Under the pieces are notes generated by a model. It ran no database searches and was not told the origin of the DNA. It saw only the letters and a program-made list of their open reading frames with translations. A program made the position numbers and the translations under genes. Of a DNA stretch of 64,000 nt, positions 58,993 through 64,000 are shown one piece after another. The DNA is from Actinomycetota bacterium (GTDB lineage: Bacteria > Actinomycetota > Aquicultoria > SURF-47): contig QZJE01000003.1 of the NCBI GenBank assembly GCA_003599235.1, positions 3,779 to 67,778 on the forward strand. Reading direction: 5' to 3'. Position 1 is the stretch's first letter, and each line of letters begins with the position of its first letter.

Positions 58993-60885
58993 ATGGCTTT
59001 AAGCCCAAGGCCTGAAGAGCCTGAACAAAAAAACAGCTACGAGCAATTGTTTGATGTATTTGCCAAAATCACACCAGCTGCTATTTTTATGCACCAGGGC
59101 AAAAATTATGTCTACATCAACTCTTTTGCCTCAACTTTAACAGGGTATTCGGCTAAAGAGATTTGTGAACTTCACTTTTCTGACATCGTATCTCCAAAAT
59201 ACCGGGAAATGGTTAAACAAAGAGGACTGGCAAGGCTTAAAGGAAAAGCTGTTCCTAACCGCTATGATTTCCCTATTATCAGAAAGGATGGTAAGCAAAG
59301 ATGGGTAGATTTATCGGTTTCCATAACCGAGTATAACGGAAAACCTTCAGTTTTCGGTGTTGCTTTTGACATAACAGAGCTTAAAAAGACTCAACAAGAG
59401 CTAGCCGAAGAAATGAATAAATACCAATCACTAGCTGAATCAGCTCGCGATTTTATTTTCTTAGTTGATAACAATATGGTTATAGAATATGTAAACAAGT
59501 ATGCTAATAAACATTTTCATAAAAAAGAAAAGCTAACCGGCAAAAAGATAAGCGATGTCTTTCCTAAACATACGCATGAAAGACAAATGCAGAACTTGAA
59601 AGCTGTTTTTAAGACCGGTAAATCTGCCCGGGTTACGGGTAAATTCGTTTTTAAAAATACCGATTACTGGCTAGATACCTCCTTGGTTCCCCTAAAAGAT
59701 GCAACTAACAAGGTGTACTCTGTTATGGGAATATCCCGTGATATTACCGAGAAAAAGGAAGCCGAACTTGCAACCAAGAAAAGTGAAAAGCTTTATCGGA
59801 GCTTGGTTGAAACCTCTCCTGATGCTATCATCCTGACTGATTTAAATATGAAAATCCAGATGTATAATCAGCAAACTGCTGCACTTTTTAAAATAAAAGA
59901 TACCTCAGAAGCCCTAGGCAAGTTATCCTTAGACTATATTTCAAGGGCTGATATTAAAAGAGCAAAAAAAGACATTAAAAAAACTTTACTTAGCGGAAAA
60001 GCCAGGCGGGTGGAATATAGCCTGGTTAAAGAGGATGGTTCCCATTTTATTGGCTTGGTTAACGTCACTGTAATCTATGACGAACAAGCTAAACCTTTGT
60101 CTATTCTAGCTATTGTTGAGGATGTAACACAGCGCAAAAAGGCTGAGGAGTCTTTAGCCAAAGCTCACCAAATTAGCGTCAACATATCCCATACCCTCCA
60201 ACAAAGCCTACTGCCTCAACATTTACCAAGCATTAAAGGCCTAAATATCAAAACATATTATCGATCAGCCTCTAGGGGAGCCGAAGTTGGCGGTGATTTT
60301 TTTGATATTTTCGAGCTGCCTGGCAACAATTACGGTATCGTGATGGGAGATGTATCCGGCAAAGGAATAGAGGCTGCCACTGAGACCGCTAAAATAAAAT
60401 ATCTGTTAAGAGACAGGGCATACGGAAAAACAATGCCTTCTGATGTATTAACTAATGTTAATAACGCTTTATTTAAACAGAAAACGGTCCGTTTTACTGC
60501 TCTTACTTATGCAATTTTTTTAACCAAAGAATCTAAACTTTTAATAAGCAATGCAGGAAACCCATACCCCTATTGTGTTACAGAAGACAGGTTCTTAGAG
60601 CTAACCGGAGTTCCGGTATCTATTAAGCCAAAGCAAAAATACGAAACAACAGAGCTTGAACTTAAAGATAGCGACACCTTGTTAATGTATACCGACGGAT
60701 TAACTGAAGCCAGAATTGACTCAAAACTTTATGGCGAACAAAGGGTCTGCCAATTTGTCAAAAAAAATAAACATCTTGCTTTAAATATGCTATTAAAAAA
60801 GCTGGTAGAGGAAGCGTCTGCTTTTTCAAAAAATAAGCTCACAGATGATATATTATTAATAGGCATAAAGAAAAAGGCTAGTTAA
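58993..60885 (+). CDS. Multi-PAS sensor fused to PP2C (SpoIIE/RsbU-type) serine phosphatase
   Basis: 630 aa. Three PAS-like blocks, then a PP2C core (GGDFFDIF...GDVSGKGIEAA...YTDGLTEA). Confidence 0.8.
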   Translation: MALSPRPEEPEQKNSYEQLFDVFAKITPAAIFMHQGKNYVYINSFASTLTGYSAKEICELHFSDIVSPKYREMVKQRGLARLKGKAVPNRYDFPIIRKDGKQRWVDLSVSITEYNGKPSVFGVAFDITELKKTQQELAEEMNKYQSLAESARDFIFLVDNNMVIEYVNKYANKHFHKKEKLTGKKISDVFPKHTHERQMQNLKAVFKTGKSARVTGKFVFKNTDYWLDTSLVPLKDATNKVYSVMGISRDITEKKEAELATKKSEKLYRSLVETSPDAIILTDLNMKIQMYNQQTAALFKIKDTSEALGKLSLDYISRADIKRAKKDIKKTLLSGKARRVEYSLVKEDGSHFIGLVNVTVIYDEQAKPLSILAIVEDVTQRKKAEESLAKAHQISVNISHTLQQSLLPQHLPSIKGLNIKTYYRSASRGAEVGGDFFDIFELPGNNYGIVMGDVSGKGIEAATETAKIKYLLRDRAYGKTMPSDVLTNVNNALFKQKTVRFTALTYAIFLTKESKLLISNAGNPYPYCVTEDRFLELTGVPVSIKPKQKYETTELELKDSDTLLMYTDGLTEARIDSKLYGEQRVCQFVKKNKHLALNMLLKKLVEEASAFSKNKLTDDILLIGIKKKAS

Positions 60886-62992
60886 TACTCTCCTTGTATT
60901 GTGCCACTCCTACCTGGTTAAATAGTGTATCCTGACTAGTCTTTAAGCTCTTGACCTTTATAGCAAAGATGGCGATATCATCAGCTAATTCTCCTTTAGT
61001 ATAATGCTCAACATCGGCGATAACTGCATTTACAATAGCTGAAGGACCCAAATCGCATAATTGCTTAATTTTTTCCTCTAGTCTTGCAAGCCCATACATT
61101 TCATCACTGTTTCGAGCCTCTATTAAACCGTCTGTATAGAAAATTAAAATATCGTCTTCTAAAAGATAAGTTTGGCCTTGCTTAAAATTTTCATTTTCAA
61201 CTACTCCCAAAGGAATTGAGCCCTCTTCAAGACGAAGTAATTCACAGCTTAAGTTTTTATAAACCAGCAATGGATGATGTCCGGCTAACACGTAGGAGAG
61301 TTTTCCTGTGCTTAAATCTAATAATCCATAGGCCATGGTAATAAATTCAAAACTTGATTCCTCATTTGATAAGGCATTATTTACTCTAGACATCACCTCA
61401 GATGGTAAAGGATTTTCGTATGCAAAGGCTCTAAGAGTGTTCTTAGCTTTTGCGGTAGACGTTGCCGCTTTAATTCCTTTGCCGGAGACGTCCCCAATAA
61501 CCAGCCCAATATGGTTATTATCTAAAGTGAAAAAATCCAAGAAGTCCCCACCCACCATCGCTCCGCTTGTTGCCGTTCTGTAAACAAAGCCTAAATCAAC
61601 CTGGTCGTGAGAAGGCAGGCTTGGCAGCAGACTAGACTGCAAGGTGTCGGCAATATGGTGCTCTTGATTAAAGTTGCGGGCATTTATTAGTGCTACCACT
61701 GCGTGAGCAGCTAATATCTCACAGATTGCTTTATCTGTATCGCTGAAGACATTATCTTTTCCTATTATAAGGAAACAATTTAGATGATGATACGGACTTG
61801 TAGCAGGAATTAAGGCTAAATAATTAGGGAAATTATGTATTCGTGCCAAATCAAGCTCTTTTTTTAGTTTATCGGATTTGAAATAGGTAATTTTTCGGTT
61901 CGAAAACTTATTTTTAAATAAATCTTGCTCTCTTGAAGTTAGAGTTGATTGCTTAACATAAGCTCTATTTTTTCCCTTTTTATAACTAAACATCTGTAGT
62001 GGATGTGATTGCCGGCTATAGCAGATTTTGCCGTAGTTTGAGCCGGTCAGCATAGCTGCCCCTTTAAGTAATACCTTTAGGATTTTTTCTTCATCTAAAT
62101 ACTTATTAAGTTTTAAACTCAAACCATGAAGCATCACCAACTTATCTGCTTGATTTTCCAGAAAGCGGTATAAATTAGCATTGTGTATAGCGTTGGCAAT
62201 TTGGCTGGTATAAACATTGATTAATTTAGCTGTTTTTAAGGTAATGTTTTCTCTAAAGGCTAAACCGATAACGCCAAGGGTCTCATCCTTGTGTGACAGT
62301 GGCAAACCAAGTAAGCAATTAATATTAAAATCCGCTAAAACCTCTTTAAAAGGAATGTTAGTATTTTTAATATTTTTTATTATTATTTCTTTTTGCAAAG
62401 AGAAAACTTTTCCACTAAATCCCTTACCTGGTTTAGTCTTTACATCCCTGTATAATATCCTTATTTTTTGATAATCTTTTTTGCAATAAATCCTATGCAT
62501 CTCTAGTAAGTGCGATTTTTCGTTGTAGAGTAGTATCCACACAGCAACGGCACCAAAAAGCTCTGCTATCTTTCTCTCCGCTTTTTTTTCCACTTCTGCC
62601 AGATTAGTTGTCGAATTGACCGCTTTTTTTAAATCAACCATCCCCTTAAGATACTTAAGCTGTTTATCATAGTTTTGGATAGCTGTTTTTAAGGCATTGC
62701 ATAGAACATTAACCTCTATATAAGGAGAACTCTCTAAATATTTATCAACATTAGCCCGGCCGGTTTTTTGTATTTCTTCAGCTAAATTAATTAACGGCAG
62801 ACTAGTCCTAAGTCCCCCATAAGCTCCTATTATCGTTGAAGCAATAATGGCTATAGGAATATAGGTCTTAACAAAGTGATCAGGCAGACTATGGCCTAAA
62901 ATAATATCAATTAGAAGAAGCAGTATGAATGGAGCAGCACAAGTTAGACAAGTAAGAACAATCTTTTGTTGGATGTTCTTTACCCGAAACAT
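60878..62992 (-). CDS. Membrane-anchored HAMP/GAF sensor fused to PP2C (RsbU/RsbP-type) serine phosphatase
   Basis: 704 aa. Two N-terminal TM helices, GAF-like regions, C-terminal PP2C (GGDFLDFF...GDVSGKGIKAA...YTDGLIEA). Confidence 0.8.
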   Translation of the reverse strand: MFRVKNIQQKIVLTCLTCAAPFILLLLIDIILGHSLPDHFVKTYIPIAIIASTIIGAYGGLRTSLPLINLAEEIQKTGRANVDKYLESSPYIEVNVLCNALKTAIQNYDKQLKYLKGMVDLKKAVNSTTNLAEVEKKAERKIAELFGAVAVWILLYNEKSHLLEMHRIYCKKDYQKIRILYRDVKTKPGKGFSGKVFSLQKEIIIKNIKNTNIPFKEVLADFNINCLLGLPLSHKDETLGVIGLAFRENITLKTAKLINVYTSQIANAIHNANLYRFLENQADKLVMLHGLSLKLNKYLDEEKILKVLLKGAAMLTGSNYGKICYSRQSHPLQMFSYKKGKNRAYVKQSTLTSREQDLFKNKFSNRKITYFKSDKLKKELDLARIHNFPNYLALIPATSPYHHLNCFLIIGKDNVFSDTDKAICEILAAHAVVALINARNFNQEHHIADTLQSSLLPSLPSHDQVDLGFVYRTATSGAMVGGDFLDFFTLDNNHIGLVIGDVSGKGIKAATSTAKAKNTLRAFAYENPLPSEVMSRVNNALSNEESSFEFITMAYGLLDLSTGKLSYVLAGHHPLLVYKNLSCELLRLEEGSIPLGVVENENFKQGQTYLLEDDILIFYTDGLIEARNSDEMYGLARLEEKIKQLCDLGPSAIVNAVIADVEHYTKGELADDIAIFAIKVKSLKTSQDTLFNQVGVAQYKESIN

Positions 62993-63103
62993 CCTTGCCC
63001 CCCAGGATTGAAATTCATCATATACTACTCGGCTAGCGCTGACAAGATAGTATTATAAGGCAGTAAGTGGTGTGTAGTTATTCAAAACTGTTATGCTATA
63101 CCA

Positions 63104-64000
63104 ATGACACGCGTTCGCTTTGCTCCTAGTCCAACTGGACACTTGCATATCGGCGGGGCTAGAACTGCCCTATATAACTGGCTTTTTGCTAAACAGAACA
63201 AGGGCAAGTTTATATTAAGAATTGAAGATACCGACCAGAGCCGCTCTACTGATAAAGCGATAGAAGCTATCATCAAGAGTCTAAGCTGGCTTGGCCTAGA
63301 TTGGGATGAGGGCCCGTTCAGACAGACTGAACGCCTTTATTTATATAAAAAAGCTGTAGACAAATTGCTAAAAGAGAAAAAGGCTTACTATTGTGATGCA
63401 GACAAAGGTAACCCGGCTGTCCGTTTTAAGGTACCTCAAGAAAAGTTAGTCGTCGATGATTTAGTTTATGGCAAATGTGAGTTTGACTCTGCTAACATCG
63501 AAGATTTTGTTATCCTGCGTTCTAACGGCATGCCCACTTTTCATTTATCGGTAGTTGTTGATGATGCCGAAATGAAGATAACTCATGTTATCAGAGGAAA
63601 CGACCATTTGCCAAATACCCCTAAGCACATCTTAATATTCAAGGCACTAGGTTACGATATCCCTCAGTTTGCCCACCTGCCGATGATCTTAGGACCTGAT
63701 AAACAGCGTCTTAGTAAGAGACATGGCGCCACCTCGGTTGAAGAATTCAAAGATCAAGGATATTTGCCAGAAGCAATGCTTAATTACCTGGCTCTGCTTG
63801 GATGGGGATTTGATGAGAAAACTACCTTCTTTAGTACTGATGAGTTGATTAAAAACTTTTCACTTTCTAGGGTTTCTAAAAATCCTTCTGTCTGGGACCA
63901 ACCCAAACTAGACTGGATGAATGGTAGCTATATTAGGAATCTTTCTCTAGAAGAGTTAACTAAACAAGCCATCCTTTTTTTACAGCAAACTGGCTTGATT
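63104..64000 (+). CDS. gltX: Glutamyl-tRNA synthetase, 5' partial (runs off the window end)
   Basis: Hand translation MTRVRFAPSPTGHLHIGGARTALYNWLFAK... with HIGG and (further on) KLSKRHGA = KMSKS class I motifs. No stop inside the window, so it is absent from the ORF track. Confidence 0.9.
   Translation, partial: MTRVRFAPSPTGHLHIGGARTALYNWLFAKQNKGKFILRIEDTDQSRSTDKAIEAIIKSLSWLGLDWDEGPFRQTERLYLYKKAVDKLLKEKKAYYCDADKGNPAVRFKVPQEKLVVDDLVYGKCEFDSANIEDFVILRSNGMPTFHLSVVVDDAEMKITHVIRGNDHLPNTPKHILIFKALGYDIPQFAHLPMILGPDKQRLSKRHGATSVEEFKDQGYLPEAMLNYLALLGWGFDEKTTFFSTDELIKNFSLSRVSKNPSVWDQPKLDWMNGSYIRNLSLEELTKQAILFLQQTGLI

Overview
Dense, low-GC (roughly 40%) chromosomal core segment, mostly transcribed on the minus strand. 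I found no transposases, integrases, CRISPR arrays or phage genes, and nothing I would call a self-evidently novel system. The interest lies in a handful of unexplained sequence elements and two unusual gene modules, listed under findings.

Gene content from left to right:
- 5' 8.3 kb of a giant repetitive surface protein running off the left edge (minus strand; invisible in the ORF track because it has no stop in the window).
- clpX-clpP-tig-tRNA-Gly.
- A four-gene operon behind a T-box leader: ThrC-like PLP enzyme, ThiS/MoaD-like sulfur carrier, MoeB/ThiF-like E1, CysK-like synthase.
- lnt, tsaD, a DUF72 gene, a rubrerythrin-like gene, tRNA-Trp and an unlisted 50-aa rpmG.
- A thiamine operon (thiM-thiE-thiC-thiL-thiD plus a phosphoesterase) behind a TPP riboswitch.
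- dnaK-grpE-dnaJ-hspR-clpB.
- A complete dcw cluster (mraZ through ftsZ) with neither ftsA nor ddl.
- rnpB (type A RNase P RNA), rnhA, nif3.
- A sigma-B-like partner-switching module with two kinase-dead RsbW paralogs and two sensory PP2C phosphatases.
- The 5' part of gltX running off the right edge.

Synteny (no ftsA, yfiH after ftsZ, hspR in the dnaK operon, a CysO/MoeB-like sulfur-carrier operon, lnt, type-A RNase P) is actinobacterial or Terrabacteria-like, but the low GC is atypical for that group, so taxonomy stays open.

Things I consider worth follow-up:
- Two GC-rich short repeat families in intergenic sites (an 85-nt element between thiC and thiL and again between convergent genes at 57.9 kb; a GATTGCCACG...CTCGCAATGAC element between grpE and dnaJ and again next to rnpB).
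- A roughly 200-nt GC-rich structured region upstream of mraZ.
- The T-box/sulfur-carrier operon.
- The kinase-dead anti-sigma paralogs.
- Purine-rich heptamer tandem repeats at gene junctions.
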